DNA of 58,370 nt from an uncultured Lachnospiraceae bacterium (GCA_947624025.1 CANQIJ010000001.1:1-58370), one strand, 5' to 3'; numbered from the stretch's first letter, positions 9,162 to 17,896 are shown. Numbers and translations: made by a program. Notes: generated by a model not told the origin, from the sequence alone.

Positions 9162-9203
9162 AGGTTTTACCCTGCTATTTGCAGTTTTGCCATATAACTT
9201 TTA

Positions 9204-9239
9204 GTTTGGTTACTATGCTGTTTTGGAGCTTATCGAAAC
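9204..9239 (-). CRISPR. Single 36-bp CRISPR-like repeat downstream of the dCas12f-like gene
   Basis: Minus strand GTTTCGATAAGCTCCAAAACAGCATAGTAACCAAAC with GTTT...AAAC ends; 25/36 identical to 10607-10642. Confidence 0.6.
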
Positions 9240-9251
9240 GTTTCCAATACC

Positions 9252-10535
9252 TTACGCGGTCACAGGCTCCTTTTCATTTGCTTTTTCCTTCTTTTTTCCT
9301 GTCTTCTTTACTTTTTCCGCAAAATCTTCTGCCTGTGCGATCTGAAAAGCGTCTGAGATATCATCCTCTTTTGACACATCTTCCAGCGGCTTAGGCGCAT
9401 AATCCACTTTACGGACCACGATGCCATACTGTGCCGCTTTGTATGTGACAAACTGCTGGAACTCGTAAATTGCCCAGTTATTCAATACCCTGTCTTTGGT
9501 ATTAAGAGTTTCCTCAAACTCCAGATTGATATATTTTGCGGAATTTTCTACAGCAAAGTCCACTATTTTTCTGGAAAGGTAATGATTGTAAGTCCGGTTA
9601 AAATTCCGCTCATATTTGTGGAACTTCTCGAAGGGCTTCATCTTCTTGTTGTAGCCGTGTCCGCCGGCATTGGAGGTAATAGTACACTGAAGACGGTAGC
9701 GCTGTTCATGGATCTGGGCGCGTTTGCGTCTGATCTCCTCAGTATGCCCTACTAAAAGATAAAACGGCTTCTTCGTTTTATTCTGTGCTGCATTGAGAAC
9801 GCAGACTGCGGGAACGGTACGCCCGAGAAATACGCCGACTGTTTTATCTTCTTCCAGACTGACCTCCCTCTTCGGGATCTCCATACACATATTCAGGATG
9901 ATCTTTGTGCCGGAGATCTGGATGGTCGATCCGCCTACCGTATATTCTTCCTCAAAGATTCTCTGGATCTCTGTCCTGAGTGCCTGAGACCGGTGAGGAG
10001 AACCGAAAACCAACTTAAAAGTAATATCGTTGGCAAATTTAATGAATACCTCCAGATCGGTCTTATAAAGATGTTCGAGAAATTCCTGATGGGATCCGTA
10101 ATTGTGATAGAGTCCGCAGTCCGCCAGGGACTGTGACCTCAATTTAACATAGTCCCCGTGTACCAGGAGCGGTCCGTCCATACGGTAGGAGGGAAGGGAA
10201 ATCTTTCCGTAAAGAAGCCCCTTCTTACAGGCTGTTGCAAAGTCCTGTTTTACTTTCATAGAAAGGCTGCTGGTAGAAGGAAGACCTTTCGGGAGTTTAA
10301 TAGATGCGTCATAAGCACTTCCCTTTTTACTTGTGCTGATTCTGGTATAAAGTTTGTTCAACTCTTTCCTGTCTTCTGCAGATACATCCTGAACGGCCTC
10401 CATATACAGGGCTGTCATAAATTGATTCATTGCCTTATTCTGGTTAAAAGCGCCATCCCGCAGATAACTATAGACTCTGTTTACTTCCTCTTTATCCCCT
10501 ACGGGAATAAGTTGGATTTTTCTGTTTAAAAACAT
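9252..10535 (-). CDS. Cas12f/TnpB-family RNA-guided protein, predicted nuclease-dead
   Basis: 427 aa with Cas12f hallmarks (SLPSY, GGHG..KK, NH.LSRKIVDFA, INLE, W..YE.QQ...YKA..YGI.V). RuvC-I reads VGVFLG (D>F236) and the C-terminal CxxC zinc finger is absent. Confidence 0.85.
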   Translation of the reverse strand: MFLNRKIQLIPVGDKEEVNRVYSYLRDGAFNQNKAMNQFMTALYMEAVQDVSAEDRKELNKLYTRISTSKKGSAYDASIKLPKGLPSTSSLSMKVKQDFATACKKGLLYGKISLPSYRMDGPLLVHGDYVKLRSQSLADCGLYHNYGSHQEFLEHLYKTDLEVFIKFANDITFKLVFGSPHRSQALRTEIQRIFEEEYTVGGSTIQISGTKIILNMCMEIPKREVSLEEDKTVGVFLGRTVPAVCVLNAAQNKTKKPFYLLVGHTEEIRRKRAQIHEQRYRLQCTITSNAGGHGYNKKMKPFEKFHKYERNFNRTYNHYLSRKIVDFAVENSAKYINLEFEETLNTKDRVLNNWAIYEFQQFVTYKAAQYGIVVRKVDYAPKPLEDVSKEDDISDAFQIAQAEDFAEKVKKTGKKKEKANEKEPVTA

Positions 10536-10606
10536 AGTTTCTATTAAGCCTCCGTCTTCACTGCATTATTCATCCAACTCCAAATATACATAATTTCGCA
10601 TTCTGA

Positions 10607-10642
10607 ATTTGGTTACTATTTATTTTTATAGGTTTCTGAAAC
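10607..10642 (-). CRISPR. Single 36-bp CRISPR-like repeat upstream of the dCas12f-like gene
   Basis: Minus strand GTTTCAGAAACCTATAAAAATAAATAGTAACCAAAT; shares the 3' ATAGTAACCAAA 12-mer and the 5' GTTTC with 9204-9239. Confidence 0.6.
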
Positions 10643-10708
10643 CTCATAACAAAGTTTTGGTTGAGTGTCACTTAGACCTCACCCTCCGGACGCCAAATCG
10701 CCCGTTAT
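10643..10708 (-). ncRNA. Putative Cas12f tracr/omega-like RNA scaffold
   Basis: ACGGGCGATTTGGCGTCCGGAGGGTGAGGTCTAAGTGACACTCAACC forms stem GGGCG/CGTCC then a GGTGAG..CTCAACC stem, resembling the 5' ends of clostridial Cas12f tracrRNAs as I recall them. It abuts the repeat. Confidence 0.55.
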
Positions 10709-10715
10709 AAATCAG

Positions 10716-11516
10716 TTATACTGTCTGCTCTCTGATATGATCCAACTCGAAAGGAACAGCACCTTCTCCGTCTGAGATCCACCGGATCAGACAGCGCTGG
10801 ATATCAAATTCTATGGCTCTCTGCGTCAAGGAATTATTTCTTGCACAGTACATCCTTAGATTATCCATATTGTAGGGAATACCCATATCATTCAGCACAA
10901 GCTGGATGTAAGCCAGTTTTTCACTGTTATCCAGGTCCTTCAGTTCCTTTTTGATGGAGAATCTGCTTTTCAGAGCATCATCCATGATATCGATCCGGTT
11001 CGTACAGCCGATCAGGATGGCATCCACCTGTCTGCGCTTCATCAGATCGAGCTCCTGCATGATCGTCACGGTGATTCTGCTGATCTCTCCGCCAGTGGCC
11101 GCGCTTTCCGTTCCTCTTTTTTGGGAAATAGCATCAATCTCATCCAGCATGAAGATCGCCTTGGTCTTGGACATATACTGGAAGATATCACTGATGATTC
11201 CTGCGGTTTTACCGAATACACCGTCAAACAGTTTGGCAAAGTTGATATAGACAAAATCAAGGTCAAAACAATGGGCCATATACCGGCCGAAGGTCGTTTT
11301 CCCTGTACCGGGAACGCCGTAAAGCAGTGTACTGTTCAGATAATAGACCCCGTATTTAACCAGTTTATCTTTCACTTTCTGCGCATTTCGCACATCCTCA
11401 ATGATTTCGACCTGCGTTTTGGAAACAAAGTACCTGGCCATCGGGAAATCATCACAGTATTCCGCTACAAGGTATGGTGCTATATGTTCCGGAATTTTTA
11501 ATCTTGTTTTTGACAT
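10716..11516 (-). CDS. AAA+ ATPase (classic clade, single domain)
   Basis: Walker A GVPGTGKT, Walker B FMLDEID, SRH TNRIDIMDDALKSRF. Confidence 0.9.
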   Translation of the reverse strand: MSKTRLKIPEHIAPYLVAEYCDDFPMARYFVSKTQVEIIEDVRNAQKVKDKLVKYGVYYLNSTLLYGVPGTGKTTFGRYMAHCFDLDFVYINFAKLFDGVFGKTAGIISDIFQYMSKTKAIFMLDEIDAISQKRGTESAATGGEISRITVTIMQELDLMKRRQVDAILIGCTNRIDIMDDALKSRFSIKKELKDLDNSEKLAYIQLVLNDMGIPYNMDNLRMYCARNNSLTQRAIEFDIQRCLIRWISDGEGAVPFELDHIREQTV

Positions 11517-11616
11517 GTATTATCCTTTCTAAAACCTTGAAAAATGATCTATCAATTTCTATTTCGGCTGTCTGCAGTTTTGCTCTGCAGAAGAAACGGG
11601 CCTTTAACAGGCCTTT

Positions 11617-12069
11617 TTATCTGAGAAACTTACTCTCTTCACCGCTGTACAGAAAACGTTGAATATATTGTTCGTTCGATACAGAATCGGACGTTGACTG
11701 AAATGCTTTATACCACTTTTTTGCCAATTTACCCATGGGTAAGGCCAAGATAAGATTAATATCTCTTTCACCCATTTCGATATCCGATATACGCTGTTCT
11801 TTATGATAACGCGTATCGATATCTTTTTTATCTCTTAAATAGAGCCATACGATTTTGGCAGCCAGAATCAAATCCAAGATCCAAATGGATGTAGTAATGA
11901 TGGGAAACTGCATAATAAATTTAATTAAATCATTATCTATGAATGTAAGACAAAATAATATATATCCTCCAAGTATTCCGCCAATTGACAACCCGGTTAA
12001 AAGGTAATTAAAAAAAATCAAGGTATATACTGATACGACCGCTAAGCTCAAAATCCGTGAACAGATCAT
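11617..12069 (-). CDS. AT-rich membrane protein
   Basis: Two to three hydrophobic segments; visibly more AT-rich than its neighbours. Confidence 0.55.
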   Translation of the reverse strand: MICSRILSLAVVSVYTLIFFNYLLTGLSIGGILGGYILFCLTFIDNDLIKFIMQFPIITTSIWILDLILAAKIVWLYLRDKKDIDTRYHKEQRISDIEMGERDINLILALPMGKLAKKWYKAFQSTSDSVSNEQYIQRFLYSGEESKFLR

Positions 12070-12334
12070 ATAACATAGGGATCAAAGTTGAAATCAGAAA
12101 AAATAAAATTAGTGCGCCTATAAAAAACGTAATTTTCATCGAAACCTAAACGGCGGAAACCGTATTCTCCTTTCTGCTAGTATATTTGTGGATTCTTCCA
12201 CAAACAAATGGGGTAATGCGCGGGCGGAATATATTATCCCGCCCGGCGTTAGGTGTCCATCCCAGATATTGTTATCAGGGGGGGGTCTTGAACGCAGCAT
12301 TGTTTCTTCCCCACAGAACTGGGCACAGGTAAAA

Positions 12335-13024
12335 TCACGCGGAAATTGCCTGCGCCGCGCCATCTTTTTCAATCTCCTTCTTTAATGCCGCCATACGATC
12401 ACTCACATCTGTATGATCTGAATACTGATCTTTCAGATCCTCCATCTCCGTCTGCTTCAGATCCAGTTCGGCCGCAGCCTGCGCCGCATAAAGCCGCTTG
12501 TTCGCCTTTTTCTCCCACTCGTTTACGCTTTTTGTGCCGTCAGTACCATCAGGCATCTTGAACCTGGATATACGTTCTGTTGCCTTAGCCACAGCTATGG
12601 TCTGCTTGATCGTATCAGACTTCTGCTCCAGAAGGTCCAGCTCATTCTGCATCTTCGCGTATAACTCGTTCATTTTTTTTGCGTTGGCCTGCGCCGTCTC
12701 GTACATGCGTTTCGCCTGGTTGAGGTTATTCTCGCGATCCGCCTCCACGCGCAGGAACTTTTCGGCATCCTCCTCTTTTCCGGCCTTAAGTGCCTTCTTT
12801 GCGCACTTGTGCAGCTCATCCAGATCCTTTTTCACAGACTCGAAAGTATCCTTGGCAATCTTCTCTTCCGCCATCACCCGCGCTGTTTCCAGTTTAGTTT
12901 CAGCCAGGTTTTGCCTTGTCTGCCTGATCTGGTCCGCAAGCATCACCTCCGGATCCTCACACTTGTCCAGTACATTGTGGACATTTGCGGAAAAAATTGA
13001 CCTGATTCGATTACAAATCCCCAT
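12335..13024 (-). CDS. pspA: PspA/IM30-family protein
   Basis: MGI.NRIRSIFSANVH..LDK.EDPE.ML.Q N-terminus and long coiled coil; start set at ATG 13024. Confidence 0.9.
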   Translation of the reverse strand: MGICNRIRSIFSANVHNVLDKCEDPEVMLADQIRQTRQNLAETKLETARVMAEEKIAKDTFESVKKDLDELHKCAKKALKAGKEEDAEKFLRVEADRENNLNQAKRMYETAQANAKKMNELYAKMQNELDLLEQKSDTIKQTIAVAKATERISRFKMPDGTDGTKSVNEWEKKANKRLYAAQAAAELDLKQTEMEDLKDQYSDHTDVSDRMAALKKEIEKDGAAQAISA

Positions 13025-13072
13025 GTTTTCCTTTTCCTCCCTTTCCTTTTTCCTCCAGATCAAAATATACTG

Positions 13073-13684
13073 CTATTTTTCCGTAGCATTTTCGGTACAC
13101 ACCACCTCCTCTTTTGTGTCGACAGGACTCTCTTCCTGTATGGTCATTGCCATTGCCATGTGAAGATCCTTTAAGAACATCCTTGCACAGATGCTCTCTG
13201 CCAGGTGTGCTTTATTCGGCCCGTACAGGAAGAAAAAGAATGCTGCAAAAGAACACATAAGAACAGGAAAATTCGATTGCACAAACTGCAGCACAGCCGG
13301 ACACCTGTTAAAAAGGATCGTACAACCCGTGATGGAGATGCAGGTGAAATAAATACAGAAGAGAAAAGATAAAATATCACCAAACGGATTCTTTTTAAAA
13401 TATCCTTTTAAGAATCGATACACAACGGCATAGATAGTTGTGGACGCCGCGATCACGATAGCAAATACAGGATTGAAGCAGTGCAGCACAATGACCAAAA
13501 GCAACATTTCCAGGAAAACCGGAATGATCCTGTAAATGAGATTGCTGATCAGAAATTGTATCTTGAAGCTGCGGTGAGCCATGACTTCCTTTTTATATTC
13601 TGCAAATATGACGTCAAACATCTCATGCGCATTTTCTTTCGTGATCCTTTGATTTTCCGTGATTTCATTCAGATCCATGATCAT
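13073..13684 (-). CDS. Multi-pass membrane protein
   Basis: About four TM segments, GGAGG RBS, upstream of pspA. Confidence 0.7.
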   Translation of the reverse strand: MIMDLNEITENQRITKENAHEMFDVIFAEYKKEVMAHRSFKIQFLISNLIYRIIPVFLEMLLLVIVLHCFNPVFAIVIAASTTIYAVVYRFLKGYFKKNPFGDILSFLFCIYFTCISITGCTILFNRCPAVLQFVQSNFPVLMCSFAAFFFFLYGPNKAHLAESICARMFLKDLHMAMAMTIQEESPVDTKEEVVCTENATEK

Positions 13685-13716
13685 CCTCCTTCCTTCCCCT
13701 TTCCGGTATAATGTAT

Positions 13717-13744
13717 ATTATATCCGCAATATCCATTTTGTCAA
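13717..13744 (-). promoter_or_regulatory. sigmaA promoter for the membrane protein-pspA unit
   Basis: TTGACA-16-TATAAT on the minus strand. Confidence 0.7.
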
Positions 13745-13796
13745 TATAGATTTACATATTTTTTAGGATTTAGGAATTATTATGGAGTTTAAAACT

Positions 13797-14265
13797 AAAA
13801 ATCCCGGCGGTCTCATTTGCCGTCGGGATTTCTAGTGATGAAATATGAAAGGATTTCAACATACGGCTTCTCGGTATGCTGAAACACCGGTGCAGGGAAC
13901 CGACCCCTGCTATTGAAAACATTCATTTTCAATCTTTCCAAACAAAACCGGCGCGTGACTAAACGAAAGTCAGAACGTTTAGTCACGATGCAGGGTGTGC
14001 ATTAGAAGGAGTTCAACCATGATCAGGTGGAATCACTGGTACCGCAGGAAACGTCACAAAATTGTTCCTGTCTTTGTTTCTTCCGGGTCCTTCTGTTACC
14101 CGTGGACGTCCATTTCCCGTTTCCACCGATGCGGCAACCGGACATTGAAATCCGGCCTTCCGATATCTGATACAGGTGGCCTTCCTCTATCTGATACTGG
14201 CGTATCGCCCCTGATACCTTTGCCGCCTTTCCAAACTACTAGTAAGCCAAAAAGGAGATTACATA
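13797..14265 (-). ncRNA. Candidate large structured non-coding RNA (unassigned)
   Basis: Lies between a promoter-like site (TTGACA 14298-14293, TATAAT 14277-14272) and a terminator (13797-13831); contains many hairpins and no convincing ORF. Confidence 0.4.
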
Positions 14266-14314
14266 TTGTATATTATACAATAATGAGGCCTTTGTCAAGA
14301 AGTTTCTGCAAAAA

Positions 14315-14917
14315 TCATTTATCGGTGACATTTCTTAAGCCGCGTACCGCTTCATTATTGTAAAAGCTGTCTGTAAAATCAGTCAGTTCCAGCATGGCAT
14401 CCTGTCCGGACAGTTCCGGCTTATAGCTTCGTGCGCTTGTCATGGCATCCCAGGCATCCACTACGGAAACAATCTGCGTTTCCTGCAAGAGTCCGGTCAC
14501 TTTATTTCCATCCGGATACCCTGTTCCATCGATATGCTCATGATGATGCAGGATGATATCAAGCACCGTATTTCCATATCCCTTCATCATGGCAAGTTCA
14601 TACCCGTACACCGGATGAAGCTTGATCTGTTCAAACTCCTCCTGCGTCAGAGCCCCCTTCTTTTCCAGAATAGAGAGAGGGATTTTGATCTTACCAATGT
14701 CATGCAGCACTGCTCCTTTTGCCAGATCGATCAGCCTTTTCGAATCCATGCCCCAATTATACCCGATCTGCACAGACATAAAGGCAACATTCAGGCAGTG
14801 TATAAAGGTACGTTTGCTGTATTTATTTAAGGAACAGAGCAGGTCTGCAGTATCCGGTTCAATAATGATCCCGTCAAGCAGGATCCTTGCTCTTTGTTCT
14901 ATCGATTTTTTCTCCAT
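14315..14917 (-). CDS. HD-GYP domain phosphodiesterase
   Basis: HDIGK, HP..G, HHEHIDGTGYP and D.WDAMTS.R.YK motifs are all intact. Confidence 0.9.
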   Translation of the reverse strand: MEKKSIEQRARILLDGIIIEPDTADLLCSLNKYSKRTFIHCLNVAFMSVQIGYNWGMDSKRLIDLAKGAVLHDIGKIKIPLSILEKKGALTQEEFEQIKLHPVYGYELAMMKGYGNTVLDIILHHHEHIDGTGYPDGNKVTGLLQETQIVSVVDAWDAMTSARSYKPELSGQDAMLELTDFTDSFYNNEAVRGLRNVTDK

Positions 14918-15815
14918 TCTGGCCTCCTGAACACTCATACTGTTTTTTAGTTACATACTCTTTTAGAATCCGGTACGCCCCGCAGTCATAGTAGGCCTGG
15001 TTTTCCTCCATGCAGATCGTTCTTCTGCCCGTGCGGACTGCAGCAGCGCCTGTTGTCATGGATCCGGCGAAGGGATCCAAAATGATATCCCCGGGGTCCG
15101 TGTAAGTCTTTATCATTTTTTCCATCAGGGCAAGCGGCTTCTGTGTAGGATGCAGACTTTCTTTTTGGGTGTCCTTCGCATATTTCCAGATACTGGTGGG
15201 ATACCGTTCCGTACTGTCATAGCTGTGATTTTCGATCCTGTCGTAATTACTGCTGTTTCTGTTATGCTGATGGTTCGCAAGGCTTGTTTTCCTCTTGTGC
15301 CCAACCGTTTTCTGCGGATGATAAACCGGCTTTTTTTTATAGAAGACGCAGATGTCCTCATGACTGCGAAGCGGCATCCTTCCAGCGTTCTGGAATCCTG
15401 TCGGCTGTGTTTTCTCCCAGATCAGGTTGTAGCGCCACATGGCACGGTTGCTGTCCATCAGCCTAGCCGTAAACATCCCGTTGGCAAACAGGATGATGGC
15501 GCCGTTATCCTTGATGATCCTTCTAAAGTGGGTCCACAAGCCCGGCAGTCTGTGCTCTTTATAATAGGCAACCGCCTCTTTGCAGGAACCCTGTCCGGTA
15601 TGATAACAGTACAAAAGATATTCCTCTTTCGTCATAGGGATCTCTTTTCCGGGTAAAACCACATAATCTTCCAGGGGAATCCAGACATCCCATCGATTCT
15701 TTGTCTGTCCGTAAGGCATATCTGTCATAATGCAGTCAATCGATTTGTCAGGGATCTGCTGCATCAGGAAAAAGCAGTTCCCCTGCCATATCTCAAAAGG
15801 GTTATTCTCAAACAT
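14874..15815 (-). CDS. Orphan beta-class N6A/N4C DNA methyltransferase
   Basis: Motif IV DMPY near the N-terminus, HPTQKP, motif I DPFAGS near the C-terminus; no adjacent restriction enzyme. Confidence 0.9.
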   Translation of the reverse strand: MFENNPFEIWQGNCFFLMQQIPDKSIDCIMTDMPYGQTKNRWDVWIPLEDYVVLPGKEIPMTKEEYLLYCYHTGQGSCKEAVAYYKEHRLPGLWTHFRRIIKDNGAIILFANGMFTARLMDSNRAMWRYNLIWEKTQPTGFQNAGRMPLRSHEDICVFYKKKPVYHPQKTVGHKRKTSLANHQHNRNSSNYDRIENHSYDSTERYPTSIWKYAKDTQKESLHPTQKPLALMEKMIKTYTDPGDIILDPFAGSMTTGAAAVRTGRRTICMEENQAYYDCGAYRILKEYVTKKQYECSGGQNGEKIDRTKSKDPA

Positions 15816-15824
15816 ACCACATCC

Positions 15825-16340
15825 TCACAGTCCTGCGTTTTCCGCAAAGCTTAAAAAGGCGACGCCAAATTTATGGAAGACATCTCCGATCTTTTTCTCT
15901 CCGTTGATATAAGGGGCATACTCCATCCGGGCCGGATGATCCTCCTTAAGATGGAGAAAAAGATCGTGAAAACCGATGCCATCCCCAAAGCGGATGTAGC
16001 GCTTGATTCGGCATATAGCAGCGTCCATGTGCGGACATCCCTGTATGTATAACAGAGTACATAAGATCAGATGCCGGCTGTCCCGGTCGATGGAACTAAA
16101 ATCTGTCTGCAGCTGATTGACGGCTTTTTTTAACTTCATCTGGGATTTCTGCGCTTCATGATCGCTTAACTCCTGGGCAAGCTGCAGGGACGTATACTGT
16201 CCATAAGTCAATCCTTCCTCTCTTGCTTTTATGCCGATATCCCTGATCTTCTCCATGTTGTTCTTATTTTTCTTTTTTCTGGCTGCAGCCACCGCTTTTT
16301 TTGCCGGCTGCCTCTTCTCGTATTCATCCCAGTATGCCAT
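15825..16340 (-). CDS. Hypothetical protein
   Basis: 171-aa ORF with GGAGG RBS and an 'A.EEGLTYGQY' motif. Confidence 0.7.
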   Translation of the reverse strand: MAYWDEYEKRQPAKKAVAAARKKKNKNNMEKIRDIGIKAREEGLTYGQYTSLQLAQELSDHEAQKSQMKLKKAVNQLQTDFSSIDRDSRHLILCTLLYIQGCPHMDAAICRIKRYIRFGDGIGFHDLFLHLKEDHPARMEYAPYINGEKKIGDVFHKFGVAFLSFAENAGL

Positions 16341-16357
16341 TTGATTTCCTCCTCGAT

Positions 16358-17896
16358 TTATTTCTGATAACGATAATAGGCCGATACCAGCCTTTCATCT
16401 GTGGTATCCACATTTCCCTCACCAATCTCCAGAACGTACTCCGGGCAGCCGTTTGGCACGGCATAGAATGCATAAAACTCCGTATCCGAGATCGGAATAT
16501 CATACGATCTATGGGGATACGTAATGCCACGGTACCGCAGGTCATCTCCATCCATGCCCCGCAGCTTTACATTGATATAGCCCTCCGTATTTCCGGGGAA
16601 AGAAACGGTATAATGCACTGCCTGCCACGCACATCCCTCCGGCGCCTCAAAATACTCACCATAGACGGCACCCTCAGCAAAAGCATTCTGAATGATATCC
16701 CTGGCTTCTTTTCCCGTCAGGATACGGTCTGCACAGACTTCCACTTCTCCAAACCACGGCGTTTGAGACAGCAGCGCTGTCGCGTATGCCTTTTTCCCGG
16801 GCGGGAGCAAACTGTAGATATCCGACCGGTATACGGTTCCGTCCACAGATGCCTGTGCCGGTCTTTGGTTATCAGCCTGGACCGGTTGTTTTTCTTTGGC
16901 CTGTACGACCGGCTTAGGAACAGTTTCCTGATCCGAATCCGAAAAAGTTTCCGTTTCCGGGCTTTCTTCCGGGCTATCATCCTCCGGAGCCGTGATTTCC
17001 TCCACTTCTATGACTTCCAGCGGTTCCTCCGGCAGCATATCACTGATCTTTGTTTCTTCAGCTGACGGATCCGTTCCTTCCTCTTCTGCGCTGCCGGGCT
17101 CCTCTTCTGGGAGAACGGCGTTATCACTTACGCTTTCGTTCTTTTGGTCCGTTTCCGGACTTGCCGCGTCGGAGGTGTCCTGCTGTGGCCTGTTTTCACT
17201 GACTGCTTCCGCCTCCCCGCCCAGGGAAACTGCAGGGGGTTTCTCCTCCTGTTGCTCCGGCGGATCACAGGTTGTCACGGTAGCCGCCATATAGGTAATA
17301 ACCTCTTTTGTTTCATCCGGAAGCTCCTTAAAGTCTTCTCCCCTGGTGCCGACAAACACCGCCCATTCTTCCGTGCCATCCGACAGGTAGGAAAAACGCC
17401 CGGCGAAGTCATTGTACAGTTCACTGGTAACGGCCACCTGGGCTGTCACGGTAGCAGACAGCTTGTAGACCCCGTTCTTCTCATCCTCTACAAAATCCAG
17501 TTTTTTCCTGGGGCTTGTAAAGTAGATCCCCATGATATTGCCGTCCTGCACAGCAGCAAGCTTGTCATCTGCATCCCGAAGGCCGAAGGAAACACCTTTT
17601 TCCGCTACATAAACGATGGAGTCCATCTGGAAAATAAAGTAACGGTTCCCGCCGTCCTTATACACATAGGTCTGGTCCGGCTCAAAGGACATATCCTCGG
17701 AAATATTGGTAACGGCGGTAGCATTTCTGGCGACATCGCTCATAACGTCAAAGCAGATGCCGTCCACCGCCGTGATGCTGGTATAGCCGTCTTTGCCGCT
17801 GTCATAGATTTCTTTATTTTTCCCGCAGCCCGTTAAGAGAAGCACGGTCAGCGCTGCCATTGCACGAATCCATATCTTTTTCTGTCTCATTTTCAC
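16358..17896 (-). CDS. Lipoprotein with acidic Pro/Glu linker
   Basis: Lipobox LLTGC; central low-complexity acidic region. Confidence 0.8.
   Translation of the reverse strand: MKMRQKKIWIRAMAALTVLLLTGCGKNKEIYDSGKDGYTSITAVDGICFDVMSDVARNATAVTNISEDMSFEPDQTYVYKDGGNRYFIFQMDSIVYVAEKGVSFGLRDADDKLAAVQDGNIMGIYFTSPRKKLDFVEDEKNGVYKLSATVTAQVAVTSELYNDFAGRFSYLSDGTEEWAVFVGTRGEDFKELPDETKEVITYMAATVTTCDPPEQQEEKPPAVSLGGEAEAVSENRPQQDTSDAASPETDQKNESVSDNAVLPEEEPGSAEEEGTDPSAEETKISDMLPEEPLEVIEVEEITAPEDDSPEESPETETFSDSDQETVPKPVVQAKEKQPVQADNQRPAQASVDGTVYRSDIYSLLPPGKKAYATALLSQTPWFGEVEVCADRILTGKEARDIIQNAFAEGAVYGEYFEAPEGCAWQAVHYTVSFPGNTEGYINVKLRGMDGDDLRYRGITYPHRSYDIPISDTEFYAFYAVPNGCPEYVLEIGEGNVDTTDERLVSAYYRYQK

Noticed and set aside
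9252-10535. Active IS200/IS605 transposon or functional type V-F immune system
   Set aside because: No tnpA, cas1/2/4 or multi-spacer array in the window; the catalytic Asp and zinc finger are lost.
13797-14265. tmRNA, RNase P RNA or c-di-GMP riboswitch next to the HD-GYP gene
   Set aside because: I could not find the tRNA-like ends/T-loop, the GAGGAAAGUCC motif or the GEMM GNRA/receptor layout; left unassigned.
13995-14363. 122-aa plus-strand ORF
   Set aside because: Atypical composition, overlaps the HD-GYP 3' end and runs through dense hairpins. A shorter version from ATG 14019 has a GAAGGAG upstream and cannot be wholly excluded.
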